A stretch of DNA of 64,000 bases from Thermoproteota archaeon (GTDB taxonomy: Archaea > Thermoproteota > Thermoprotei > Gearchaeales > Gearchaeaceae), in the NCBI GenBank assembly GCA_032249235.1, contig JAVVGF010000001.1:192001-256000 (forward strand), written 5' to 3'. A model generated the notes under the pieces. That model saw only the letters and a list, made by a program, of their open reading frames with translations, did not search any database and was not told where the DNA came from. The translations under genes and the position numbers were made by a program. How positions within the stretch are numbered: the stretch's first letter is position 1; the number at the start of each line of letters is the position of its first letter. This document shows positions 39,033-49,449 of this stretch, piece by piece.

Positions 39033-41206
39033 TGAAAATGCCAAAGATAAAGGCAGAAAGCGGTAAGCGTTGCATAAGGATAACGATTAATGAATACAAA
39101 CCAATTGTAGAATTTAATTTCATTTCAGCAGAACCAAAACCTAGTTTTGAAATTCAAGGTAATGAATTGTTTGCTTTGTTTGGAGATCAACAAGTAAAGA
39201 TTAAGATATCTGAAGATAAAGACAAAATTCTCATAACAAAGAAGATAGGGATTAAAGAATTCATTCTAGGTTTCGGGGAAAAAGCATTACCGCTAAATAA
39301 AAGAAGAAGCAGACTTGTTTTTTGGAATTATGATAATTATAGTTATTCATGGTATAGCGATCCATTGTATATTTCAGTTCCTTTCGGAATATTCGTGAAC
39401 GATAATAAAGCTATCGGTATATTTCTTAATACGCCTGCTTTCTGTATCGCAGATTTAGGCTTGAAGGAATATGATGAAGCAACCTTTGAAATCTATGATC
39501 AAGGTCTTGAACTTTACTTGATTTTCGGTCCTAAGATAGAAGACGTTCTTAAAACTTATTTCGAAATAACTGGAAAACCTTTTTTGCCTCCAAGCTGGGC
39601 TTTAGGATATCAAATTTCAAGATATAGTTATTTTCCACAAGAATATGTTATTGAAATAGCAAAGGAATTTCTTAAAGAAGTTTCCTTGTATGCTATATAT
39701 CTTGATATAGACTATATGAAGGATTATAAAATCTTCACTTGGAACGAAAATCGCTTTCCAAATCCCAAAGAAATGATAAGCAAGCTACATGAATTAGGAA
39801 TTAAAGTCATAACAATTATAGATCCATACATAAAAGTTGAAGAAGATTATGAAATGTACGAAGAAGCAAGGAAGTTTTCTGTAATGAATAAAAACAAAGA
39901 AGCTTATATTGTAAAAGGTTGGCCAGGTGCATGTATTATTCCAGACTTTTTCAATAAGGAAACTAGAGAATGGTGGGCTAAAAAGATTAAGGAATTCGTA
40001 GAGAATTATTCTATCGACGGCATATGGCTTGATATGAATGAACCATCTGTATTCAATGAGATAAAAAGCATTCTTGAAATTTTCAAAAATGACATCGATA
40101 AAGAATATCTCATTTCAAGAATAAATGAAATTGTTTTCTTAAACAAGCCTTTAAAACCTAGCATTAGGATAATCAACTTTAAACCAGAACATTTCTATGA
40201 TAGATCTCTTGACCCTAATGCTTTGCATCGCTTAGATGACGGTAGAGTAATTGAACATAGATTTGTAAGAAATGCTTATCCTTATTTTCAAGCAAAGGCA
40301 ACTTTTGAAGCGTTAAAATCATTTCTTGAAAGACCATTCATATTATCTAGATCAGGATATGCAGGAATTCAAAAATATGCTGCTGTATGGACAGGCGATG
40401 TCCCATCCACTTGGGAAGATTTAAGGCTAACGATAGCGATGTTATTGAACTTATCAATTTCAGGATTAACTTTTTGTGGCTCAGATATAGGAGGCTTTGT
40501 AGGAAGAACTGATTATGAATTAATAGCTAGATGGCATCAAGCATGTGCTTTCATGCCTTTATTCAGATTACATAAAGATAAAGGAGCAAGCGAAGCTGAA
40601 ATTTATAACTTGCCTTCAAAATATAGAAAAATGATTAAAGAAGCCATAGAATTGAGATACAAATTTTTACCTTATCTTTGGCATCTTTGTATAAAAGCAC
40701 ATATTGAAGGTGAACCAATAATAAGACCTTTATGTTATGATTTTCAAGAAGAGGAATGCTTTTATATAGAAGACGAATATCTCATCGGTCCATCTTTATT
40801 ATTTGCTCCAATAATTGAAAAAGGAAGAGAAGAAAGAGAAGTATATTTGCCTAAAGATGAATGGTTTGATTTCTGGAATAGAAATACAATTCAAGGGGGT
40901 AAATACGTTATAATCAAAGCAAGTATGCCTTTATTCATTAGAAAGAACTCTGCTATTCCTATTCAAAAAGGCTTTTTGATTTTCGGTGAAGGGGAATGGG
41001 ATATATATTATGGAGAAGATTGCAAAAAAGCAAAAGTCATTTTTAAAAACAATATTTTAGAATTATATTCAGAAATGGATATTAATGAAATAATTATACT
41101 CGGTAAAAAACTTTACTCTAAAGAAGTAAAAACTTTAGTAGATAACTTAGGAACCAAGATAATTCTAGAAAATAAATTAAATAATATTGAATTATTTAAT
41201 TTTTAA
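39029..41206 (+). CDS. malA: Alpha-glucosidase, GH31
   Basis: LDIDYM, GIWLDMNEPS nucleophile motif, WTGD, GSDIGGF. Confidence 0.9.
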   Translation: MMKMPKIKAESGKRCIRITINEYKPIVEFNFISAEPKPSFEIQGNELFALFGDQQVKIKISEDKDKILITKKIGIKEFILGFGEKALPLNKRRSRLVFWNYDNYSYSWYSDPLYISVPFGIFVNDNKAIGIFLNTPAFCIADLGLKEYDEATFEIYDQGLELYLIFGPKIEDVLKTYFEITGKPFLPPSWALGYQISRYSYFPQEYVIEIAKEFLKEVSLYAIYLDIDYMKDYKIFTWNENRFPNPKEMISKLHELGIKVITIIDPYIKVEEDYEMYEEARKFSVMNKNKEAYIVKGWPGACIIPDFFNKETREWWAKKIKEFVENYSIDGIWLDMNEPSVFNEIKSILEIFKNDIDKEYLISRINEIVFLNKPLKPSIRIINFKPEHFYDRSLDPNALHRLDDGRVIEHRFVRNAYPYFQAKATFEALKSFLERPFILSRSGYAGIQKYAAVWTGDVPSTWEDLRLTIAMLLNLSISGLTFCGSDIGGFVGRTDYELIARWHQACAFMPLFRLHKDKGASEAEIYNLPSKYRKMIKEAIELRYKFLPYLWHLCIKAHIEGEPIIRPLCYDFQEEECFYIEDEYLIGPSLLFAPIIEKGREEREVYLPKDEWFDFWNRNTIQGGKYVIIKASMPLFIRKNSAIPIQKGFLIFGEGEWDIYYGEDCKKAKVIFKNNILELYSEMDINEIIILGKKLYSKEVKTLVDNLGTKIILENKLNNIELFNF

Positions 41207-41253
41207 TTTTAATCATGCTTAAAATTTATAAGTAAAAATAAGAATTATTATTC

Positions 41254-43755
41254 ATGGCTTTTAAGAGAAAAATCCCAAGCATTATTATTTTGGCAATTTG
41301 CTTGGTTTTAATCTTTCTCATAGCTACGACGCCTTTACTTAATACTTTAATGTCTTTGCTGAACCCAGTAAATGGCATTTATAGCTCTGCAAATCCTTCA
41401 ATTCAAAACCAATATTTACTCAAAGGACTTAATGGAGAGGTTAAAATTATTGTTGATTCTAGAGGAGTTCCTCATATCTATGCTAATAATGATAATGATC
41501 TATTTTTTGCAATAGGATTCATGCATGCAAAAGATAGATTATGGCAGATGGATATTCAAAGAAGAGCTGCTGAAGGAAGACTTGCAGAGATCATAGGCAA
41601 AAGCGCATTGAAAAATGATATCGCCATGAGAACGATAGGTTTATGGAGAGCTGCAATAATAACTGCAAACTACATAAAAGAAAATTATCCTCAATATTGG
41701 GAATTATATCAAGCTTATGCTAATGGGGTTAATGCATATATCGATATAGCTGTAAAGAACAATAATTTACCTTTAATGTTTAGATTGCTCAATTATAAGC
41801 CAGATTATTGGAATGTTGTTGATTCAATTGCTTTTGCTAAGCTTATGTCATGGTCTTTGACAAATTTCTATGAACCATTGAAGTTTTCGTTAGTCGCAGC
41901 TAAGCTTGGAAGCAAGGAAGCTTTAAAAATTTATCCTATATTTCCTCATTTCCAAGAAAACGTTACAGTAATTCCAGGAAATGGAACAATTGAAGGTAAC
42001 AAAATTAATGTAGATCCAAATTATTTGCTAAGCTTAGATTGGTATTCAGAATGGGCTACAGGATTGAACTTTTCAGATCCTAATTTCTCTAATAAGTTAA
42101 TAGAAGCTATTAACGATGCACTTAATTTCTTAGGCGAAGATCCTGAATATTTAGGTAGCAATGATTGGGCTGTATCAGCAAGCAAATCAGCAAATAGCTA
42201 TGCAATGCTTGCAGATGATCCTCATTTAGGATTACAAATTCCTTCTTTATGGTATGAAGTGGATCTTCACAGCAACGATATAAATTGTTATGGAGTAACG
42301 CTTGCTGGCATACCTCCTATTATTATAGGCTTCAATAACAAAATAGCTTGGGGTTTAACGAATACACAAATGAGTGTTATGGATTTTTATGTTGAGAAAA
42401 TCAATCCTCAAGATCCAAGCTTGTATTATTATAACGGTTCTTGGCATAAAATTCAAACAATTAGAGAAACGATCAATGTAAAAGATGATAAACCCTATGA
42501 GCTTCTTGTAAATACTACAATTCACGGTCCTATAATTACGAGTAAAAGTTTGACGATAACTGCAAAATGGGTTGGAATGAATGTAACTCTTGAAGCAATA
42601 GCGATTATAGATGTGATGAAAGCAAACAATCTATCTGAATTCTTCAACGCTCTTAAACATTGGGATGTACCTTCTCAAAACTTCATGTATGCTGATGTTT
42701 ATGGCAATATCGCAGTAATCGAGCCTGGCAAGTTTCCATTGAGATTGGTAAAGCTACCTAATAATCAATCAGTATACGTTCTAGGATCGAGAAGCGTACT
42801 TAATGGAACTGGCGGTTATGAATGGTCAAAATTTATTCCATTCGAGCTTTTGCCTCATAGCATAAATCCTGAGCAAGGATATCTTGCTGCTCCGAATCAA
42901 ATGAGCGTTAATAAATACTATCCATTTTTCATATTAGGTGGATGGTGGGATCCTGGTTCACGAGCTCATAGAATAAATATTATATTGAATAAAACAAAAG
43001 TAAGCCTTGAAGATATGATGGAAGGTCAAAGAGATGTATTTCAATGGGATGCTTATTCTTATTTTTCTTTGATAATAAAATCAATGAACATGTATCCTTC
43101 AAGTGATCCAGATGTCCAAAAAGCATTGAATTTATTGAAGAATTGGAATTTCACGATGAAAAAGAATATGGAAGCTCCTTCAGTATGGTGGTTCTGGGTA
43201 GCAAGCTTTTACAACATGACTTTCATTAAAAAATTCAAAGAACTAGGAATAGAAAGAGCTAAACTTCCATACTTAGAGAACATACTTTATTTAGCCCTGA
43301 ATGAACCAAATAGTACTTGGTTTAATGGAAACTTCTATTTGACTGCTTCACAAGCATTGATCAATGCTGCAAAATATTTGAAAAATAAATATGGCGATGA
43401 CTGGAGATGGGGAAAAATTCATAAAGTTTATTTCGAACATCTTTCAGGTCTTGAAGCATTGAGCTTAGGACCTTACGAGGAAGATGGTGGTGATGACACT
43501 CTCATGGCTGCAGGAATGCCACTTTTTGGAGGTTTCGTAACGCATGGACCTAGTTGGAGAATGATTGTCGTAATGAGCCAAAAACCTCAAGGATATGGAG
43601 TATATCCAGGAGGACAAAGTGAAAATCCAGTAAGCAATCATTATGGAGATTTCGTTGACTACTGGCTTAGCTATAGATATTATAAGCTAAACTTAGCTAA
43701 TAATCCTTCAGAAGTCACAGATGCTGTGTTAACAATTACTTTATCACCTACATAA
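41254..43755 (+). CDS. Penicillin acylase family Ntn-hydrolase (S45), N-terminally anchored
   Basis: D.RGVPHIYA, DRLWQMD..RR, GSNDW nucleophile, DPHL, PGGQSENP.S.HY.D. Confidence 0.9.
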   Translation: MAFKRKIPSIIILAICLVLIFLIATTPLLNTLMSLLNPVNGIYSSANPSIQNQYLLKGLNGEVKIIVDSRGVPHIYANNDNDLFFAIGFMHAKDRLWQMDIQRRAAEGRLAEIIGKSALKNDIAMRTIGLWRAAIITANYIKENYPQYWELYQAYANGVNAYIDIAVKNNNLPLMFRLLNYKPDYWNVVDSIAFAKLMSWSLTNFYEPLKFSLVAAKLGSKEALKIYPIFPHFQENVTVIPGNGTIEGNKINVDPNYLLSLDWYSEWATGLNFSDPNFSNKLIEAINDALNFLGEDPEYLGSNDWAVSASKSANSYAMLADDPHLGLQIPSLWYEVDLHSNDINCYGVTLAGIPPIIIGFNNKIAWGLTNTQMSVMDFYVEKINPQDPSLYYYNGSWHKIQTIRETINVKDDKPYELLVNTTIHGPIITSKSLTITAKWVGMNVTLEAIAIIDVMKANNLSEFFNALKHWDVPSQNFMYADVYGNIAVIEPGKFPLRLVKLPNNQSVYVLGSRSVLNGTGGYEWSKFIPFELLPHSINPEQGYLAAPNQMSVNKYYPFFILGGWWDPGSRAHRINIILNKTKVSLEDMMEGQRDVFQWDAYSYFSLIIKSMNMYPSSDPDVQKALNLLKNWNFTMKKNMEAPSVWWFWVASFYNMTFIKKFKELGIERAKLPYLENILYLALNEPNSTWFNGNFYLTASQALINAAKYLKNKYGDDWRWGKIHKVYFEHLSGLEALSLGPYEEDGGDDTLMAAGMPLFGGFVTHGPSWRMIVVMSQKPQGYGVYPGGQSENPVSNHYGDFVDYWLSYRYYKLNLANNPSEVTDAVLTITLSPT

Positions 43756-43758
43756 AAA

Positions 43759-44112
43759 ATGAGGTTAAAATTCTTGCTAGTAATAATTGTGATCGCTGTT
43801 ATATATTATGCGTTAATGTTATTGCTAAAAGATTGGAGAACAGTAATAATTGCTGGCTTGATTGGGGGTGCTCTATATAATGAAAGATTGAAATCTTTTT
43901 TAGCTGGCCTTATAGGATCATTTATCGCTTGGTTTGTTTTGATGATTCCTATTCTTTTCAACGAAGCAAATCAAAAGCTTTTGATTATATTTTCATCTAT
44001 AGCAGATTTTCCTCTTGAAATTATACTAGCGCTAATTTTTCTTCTACCTACTGTTCTTGGAGGACTTTCAAGTTTAATAGCATCAACTATAAGAAGAATT
44101 CTGGAAAAGTAA
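43759..44112 (+). CDS. Small integral membrane protein
   Basis: About 4 hydrophobic helices; 3 nt downstream of acylase. Confidence 0.65.
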   Translation: MRLKFLLVIIVIAVIYYALMLLLKDWRTVIIAGLIGGALYNERLKSFLAGLIGSFIAWFVLMIPILFNEANQKLLIIFSSIADFPLEIILALIFLLPTVLGGLSSLIASTIRRILEK

Positions 44113-45657
44113 TTATTCGAATCCTGCATAAATTTTTCCCATTTTAGCTTTATATGCAGGTATTCCAATAGCTACAACCATTATATTTTGCATATCCTTT
44201 GAATAAGGGCTAAAGAAATCGATTATATCATCATCATAGAATGTAAGACCTGTTGCTCCTATATTTAAAGAATATGCAGCTAGATAAATTCTGCCTGCTC
44301 TTATTCCTGCTTCGTAATTACATAATCTATATCCTCTATTTCCAAATTTTTGTAATGCTCTGTTTAAGTTGCTCATTAAGAATATAACTACAGAAGCATC
44401 GCCTCCTAATTCTTGCTCAAGACAAAGATATTGAGAAACATTTCTAAATTTGCCTTTTTTAAGGAATTCAAGCTGAAGCGTGCTTTTGTTGAAATGATAA
44501 GCTCCGCTTTCTAAACTTTCAACTTCATTAACTATTAAGAAATATTCTATCAAAGAATCTTTTGAAGTAGCTAAAAAGTCTGCATTTAATTCGCTTATTG
44601 TCTTGATTAAAATTGTTGACAACGAAGAAAATGGAATTGGTTTCCTTGAGAACTTTCTAGTAGAACCTCTTCTAAGAATTACTTTCCATAATTCATCGCT
44701 TTCATCTTGAGTTTTAGTCAGATGTATTCTAGTAACTTCAAAATTTAGAGAACCAAACAAATCTTTAGCTGAATTCTTCCATTCAAGCAACTCTTCATCT
44801 GTGAATAAGCTAGATGCTTCATGAATTTGATAAATCTCTTTATATTCAATTTCTTTTTTAGATAAAGGTCTAACTTTGAATTCTTTTTCGTTAATGCTTG
44901 TTTCGTAATTTTCTGAGATATAAGTTTCAGGCCCTATAGAAATTATCGATAACGCACATTCTTTTCTTCCATCTATAGCTAATAGTTTATTTAAAGGTTG
45001 ATCTTTAAAACCCATTATAACTTTTGTATCAAGTCCTTCTGCATTTGCTACAGCTAACAAATTTGCTGTCATAGCTCCTGAATCCCAATACCAATGCCTA
45101 TATGACCTTTTTCTATATTTCCAAACATTCCTCCATCCGATAGAAGTTAAGATTATAGATAAAGGGACTTTTTTAATCCTTTCTTCTAAAGCTATTTTGC
45201 TAAGTATTTCTCGATAGTCACCTAATCTAAGAACATCTAAGCTAAAGCTATAAGGATCGAAATGGTATAGACCTGCTTTGATTCCTTCTAAGTTACAGCA
45301 AACTAAATAGAGCTCAGTTGAATATAGGGCTCCAGTTGCAGGTGCTACTCTGAAATAATACTTTATTAAACCTTCATCAAAAACACGTGATATTCCTGCA
45401 GTGAAATACAATAATTCAGCAATCTCGTTTATAGTTAGTTCTTTAGATTTATCAATCTTTGATGAGAGTGCTTCTAATGCTTTCAAATTTGGTTTTGGAA
45501 AAGCCTTAGGGAGTTTAATTTTCTCGACGTTTTCATATACTTTAAAAGGATAAGGAAAATTATCCCAATCAAGATAGTATCTATCTGTCCTTACGCTTAA
45601 ATAAGAGTGTTTGGTTAAATTATGAAAATTCAGTGCTACGTTGTAGTCTTTGTTCAT
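44113..45657 (-). CDS. SagB/ThcOx-like two-domain nitroreductase-family flavoprotein
   Basis: RVAPATGALY..ELY, KY..RSYRH..WDSG; second domain RRGSTRKFS...RGYR...YEAG...GATGLTFYDD. Confidence 0.85.
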   Translation of the reverse strand: MNKDYNVALNFHNLTKHSYLSVRTDRYYLDWDNFPYPFKVYENVEKIKLPKAFPKPNLKALEALSSKIDKSKELTINEIAELLYFTAGISRVFDEGLIKYYFRVAPATGALYSTELYLVCCNLEGIKAGLYHFDPYSFSLDVLRLGDYREILSKIALEERIKKVPLSIILTSIGWRNVWKYRKRSYRHWYWDSGAMTANLLAVANAEGLDTKVIMGFKDQPLNKLLAIDGRKECALSIISIGPETYISENYETSINEKEFKVRPLSKKEIEYKEIYQIHEASSLFTDEELLEWKNSAKDLFGSLNFEVTRIHLTKTQDESDELWKVILRRGSTRKFSRKPIPFSSLSTILIKTISELNADFLATSKDSLIEYFLIVNEVESLESGAYHFNKSTLQLEFLKKGKFRNVSQYLCLEQELGGDASVVIFLMSNLNRALQKFGNRGYRLCNYEAGIRAGRIYLAAYSLNIGATGLTFYDDDIIDFFSPYSKDMQNIMVVAIGIPAYKAKMGKIYAGFE

Positions 45658-45867
45658 AACATAATATTCCTTTTTAGAGATTTATACTGAACAAGTTACT
45701 CTTCAAGAACCTTTTAGCCTTCTCTGCATATAGCCCTTTAAAAAATTAACCATTTTGGCTAAAATAATTAAGCAAATATTAAAAAATTGAAGTAGTAATT
45801 TTTCATAAATTTTAAATGAGCTAATCGCCTATTTAAAAATTTTGATAAATTTAGGATTTTATGCTGT

Positions 45868-47601
45868 TTAAGAAGTTCCTATAACGCCTATTTTGAAAGC
45901 GTTAAATATCTTATAAATTACATAGATAAATATTAGGAAAAATGTTATAAGGAGAACTATTATCGATACATGAAAGATGTTTAGACCAAATATATTGATT
46001 AAATTAACAAATTTCTCTCTTAATACAAAATAAAATTGTAGCACCGTTAAAGAAAAAATAAATAATATTATCAGAACAGATAAAGTAAAAAGTGGTATTC
46101 TTATAGCTATATGTCTTTTTCTTGTCGAAGCTCTAAAAATATTCAAGAAAAGTCTTTTTAATATTTGATATATTTCAAATAACATTACCGCATAAAGAGC
46201 TAATAAAGAGCTTATTAAAACAATTAAAACAAATTGATTATATATTAATTCTGTCTTAATAAAATAATCAAGAAAATAAGCATAAGATATTGATATTGTA
46301 AAGAAAAATGATACTATAATTAACAAATCCCGAATTTGTTCTCTTATTAAAATAAAAGTTTTGGTACTTTTTTCATAAGATTGAGAAATCATTCTTGAAA
46401 TATAATTCTCAATATTCACTCTAATATTTGTAGGAAATAAGTTCACTAATAACCTAGCAATTTTATCTCTTTTGCTTGTTAAAATGGATGCAAGTATAGA
46501 GGATATGACCATTACTGAAACTGCAATTACAAGCATTTCAGGCCCTGCTATGCCATAGTTTAATGCTAATGCTGTAATTATAACTGCAAACTCGCTTAGA
46601 GCAAGCATATATAAGCTTAATTTGAAAGCCTTTTCCAATTCAAAACCACTTATCCAAATAGCAAATGAAAAAGCTAGGAATTTCATCGAAACTAATAACA
46701 GACTCAAAGCAATACCTATTAAAACTAAGTTTAAATCAACGTTAACAGGAAAACGAAGACCTATCGAAGCAAAGAATATAAAAGCAAATATCTCTCTAAC
46801 CCATTTGGCTTTTTCTAGAAAATATTCTGCAGATTTCGATTCTGAAAAAACTATTCCGCCTATAAAAGCTCCCAAAACTGGAGATAATCCAATATAACTT
46901 GCAAACCATGAGAACAATAAGGCTAAAGCTATTCCTGAAAGAAGTACGAGTTCTTCTCCGTACTTGTATATTGCATTTAGTAATCTTTTTAAAAATACAA
47001 CTCCTAAACCAATGAGGCCTATGAAAAGAAAAATCAACTTAAAAAGATCTGTTAGTATCAAAGAAATTGAAAAGTTGCTCGATGTTATAAACGATAAGAA
47101 AACAGCAATACCTAATATTGCTATGAGATCTTCAAAAGTTGCAATTCCTATTGCAGTCTTATATTCTCTTTCTTTATACTCTTGTTTTAAATTACTTTCC
47201 TCGAAAAGCTTAAAAGCCATACTAGTGCTCGTGTTAACTGCAAAAAGTATTAAGAAGATTGTAAATAGCCATCCTAGATTAAATATTAATCCAGCTAGGT
47301 AAGCTAGGAAAATTATTACTAATAATTCAGTGAGGGCTATCAATCCTATTCTTAAACCTTCACTTCTCAGAAAACTTAACCGCATAGTTATGCCTATTTC
47401 AAATGTAATGAGTAATATTCCCATTTCAGCCATGAAGCCAATTAGAGTAGAAGCAGGATTGACTAGCTGAGTTAGAGGACCTAAGATAAGCCCTATTAAA
47501 ATATAAGCAGTAACCAAAGGCAATTTCAGATATCTAAAAAGATAACCTAAAATAACTGTTAAACCTGTTAAAAGACCGATTTGAAGCAAGAAATCAGCCA
47601 C
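45868..47601 (-). CDS. Cation:proton antiporter (CPA2/KefB-like)
   Basis: P.V.AYILIG.ILGP, E.GILL.TF.IG, TST, FED, LGAF..G, FF.SIG, SEFA. Confidence 0.85.
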   Translation of the reverse strand: MADFLLQIGLLTGLTVILGYLFRYLKLPLVTAYILIGLILGPLTQLVNPASTLIGFMAEMGILLITFEIGITMRLSFLRSEGLRIGLIALTELLVIIFLAYLAGLIFNLGWLFTIFLILFAVNTSTSMAFKLFEESNLKQEYKEREYKTAIGIATFEDLIAILGIAVFLSFITSSNFSISLILTDLFKLIFLFIGLIGLGVVFLKRLLNAIYKYGEELVLLSGIALALLFSWFASYIGLSPVLGAFIGGIVFSESKSAEYFLEKAKWVREIFAFIFFASIGLRFPVNVDLNLVLIGIALSLLLVSMKFLAFSFAIWISGFELEKAFKLSLYMLALSEFAVIITALALNYGIAGPEMLVIAVSVMVISSILASILTSKRDKIARLLVNLFPTNIRVNIENYISRMISQSYEKSTKTFILIREQIRDLLIIVSFFFTISISYAYFLDYFIKTELIYNQFVLIVLISSLLALYAVMLFEIYQILKRLFLNIFRASTRKRHIAIRIPLFTLSVLIILFIFSLTVLQFYFVLREKFVNLINIFGLNIFHVSIIVLLITFFLIFIYVIYKIFNAFKIGVIGTS

Positions 47602-47655
47602 GTTTCTAATATGAATGAAAACTTAAATAAGCATTGACATTCTTATAAACTTGAA

Positions 47656-47755
47656 GGGGCCGTCGTTTAGCCTGGGCGAAGATGCCGGCTTGGGGAGCCA
47701 ACTAGGTTTGGGCCTAGAGCGCTGGTGATCCGGGGTTCAAATCCCCGCGGCCCCA
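47656..47755 (+). tRNA. tRNA-Pro(GGG) with 24-nt intron at 37/38 (47696-47719)
   Basis: Acceptor GGGGCCG/CGGCCCC, anticodon stem CCGGC/GCTGG, T arm CGGGG-TTCAAAT-CCCCG; BHB motif; CCA not encoded; TTAAATA box upstream. Confidence 0.93.
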
Positions 47756-47813
47756 TAAATTATAGGTTTTGCATAGTTCAATTTATAAAACTCGAAATTT
47801 CATAAAGTAATAA

Positions 47814-48653
47814 GTGGCAGAATCACAATCATCGCTCATCGCAATATTGCCGGCATTAATTTGGGCTATTGTTCCACTTATATATAAAGAATTTCTAGCA
47901 AAGAATTCAGCGATTAAAATAAATTTTTACCGCATGCTATATGCTTCATTAGCTCTTTCTATACCTTTCATTTTATTTGGATATAATGAAGGAATAATCT
48001 TTGGAATTCTAAGCGGAATTTTAACACTTTCAATAGGTGATTCCTTCTATTTGCTTGCAATAAGGAAAATAGGCGCATCGATAGCTGCACCAATAGCTTA
48101 TACTTATGTATTCTTTTCACAATTTGCAGCTTTGTCTTTAGGAGAAAAAATATCTTTAAATTACTTCATCAGTTCAATCTTAATAATAGTAGGAGTATTT
48201 CTCCTATCTAAAGCTGAGAAAAGTGAAGTAAGATTTTTAGGAATCTTAATAGCTTTATCAGCATCACTATTCTGGACATTAGGACAATCTATGATAAAGT
48301 TGGCTACAATCCAAAATATGAATTCTTTATCTATAGCATTCGCTAGAACTTCTGCAGCATGCATAATCCTTGGTATTGCATCTTATATAAACGAGAGAAG
48401 ATTAAGTTTGAATGTTGGAGTGAAAAAGAATTTAATCTTGGCAATAGCTTCGATATCTGATTTAGCAATTGGTTCATCATTATTCATTCTTTCAATAGCT
48501 CTTGCAGGATTGGGAATAACGATAATAGTTACTTCATTATCTCCTTTGATAACTCAATTGATAGCTAAGATGAGCGGTAAAGAAAATCCTCGAGCTAAAG
48601 ATATCTTTGGAGGTTTGCTTATTGTTGCAGGTGTACTTATAAGTTTGATATAA
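47814..48653 (+). CDS. EamA/DMT family transporter
   Basis: 10 TM in two repeats; GD.FY..AI.KIGAS.A.P, LGE; SP...KE. Confidence 0.85.
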   Translation: MAESQSSLIAILPALIWAIVPLIYKEFLAKNSAIKINFYRMLYASLALSIPFILFGYNEGIIFGILSGILTLSIGDSFYLLAIRKIGASIAAPIAYTYVFFSQFAALSLGEKISLNYFISSILIIVGVFLLSKAEKSEVRFLGILIALSASLFWTLGQSMIKLATIQNMNSLSIAFARTSAACIILGIASYINERRLSLNVGVKKNLILAIASISDLAIGSSLFILSIALAGLGITIIVTSLSPLITQLIAKMSGKENPRAKDIFGGLLIVAGVLISLI

Positions 48654-48765
48654 TTCCCTAACTTAATCAGCGTCTAATTACGAAAACCCTACATGTTATA
48701 CTATATGTGTGCTAAAATAATTGAAAACATGTTTCTTTCATATTCTAAAAAGGTATAAATAACGT

Positions 48766-49101
48766 ATGGCTGAGCATTTAAAGCGCAACTTAAAGAAATA
48801 TAATGGAGGGAAATATAATTTGCAACGCTCCATTTGGAACAAACTCTGCGATTATCTTTTAAATACACCCTCTTTCAGTTTAGGTGATTTCGAAAAACTC
48901 ATGATGTTTTAAGATTATTAGATGAAATTGCAAGTTTTGCAAAAAATGAAGGCCTTAAAAAAAAGAAGAACCTCCTATTTTGGAATTTATAAATCAAGCA
49001 TACATAGTTTCTAGATATTTGCTATTCAGTTGTGAAAAATAAATCTTGAAAAAGCATATAATATTGTTAAAAGGATATCGAATGAGCTCAGTATATTATA
49101 A
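48766..49101 (+). pseudogene. HEPN domain protein, frameshifted
   Basis: Fragments across frames: ATLHLEQTLRLSFKYTLF / GDFEKTHDVLRLLDEI / EFINQAYIVSRYL. Confidence 0.75.
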
Positions 49102-49430
49102 CTGATGAAAGAAGAACAAGCAAATCCTAAAGCAAGCTAGAGATTTTGTTAAAGAAATTAAGAAATTTTGCTTAAAAGAAATTGATCAAAATCGCAAATA
49201 TTGCTTTTTTAGTTCCATAGCTAGAGGTGAATATAAGTTAGATAGTGACATGGATGCTTTGATAATGACTAATAAAGCTAAATCTGCATGAGATAAAACG
49301 ATCGTAGCTACAAAAATTCACGAAATTACTAGGATTCAGCGATACAATCGAGCTACATGTAGTAACGCCTTAAGAACACAAAAATTGTATCAGAAATTTA
49401 TTGATAAATGCGAAGAATTTTTAGAATCTT
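49082..49430 (+). pseudogene. Minimal nucleotidyltransferase (MNT), with stops and frameshifts
   Basis: FFSSIARGEYKLDSDMDALI (GS..DxD-like motif) and IELHVVTP fragments; internal TGA/TAA. Confidence 0.75.
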
Positions 49431-49449
49431 TAAATAATATTTATTAAAA

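Noticed and set aside
44113-45657. SagB-like gene as sign of a thiazole/oxazole RiPP cluster
   Set aside because: No YcaO, precursor peptide or exporter nearby; standalone two-domain form
45660-45865. Short minus-strand coding-like fragment (FKGLYAEKAKRFLKSN)
   Set aside because: Too short and interrupted to assign
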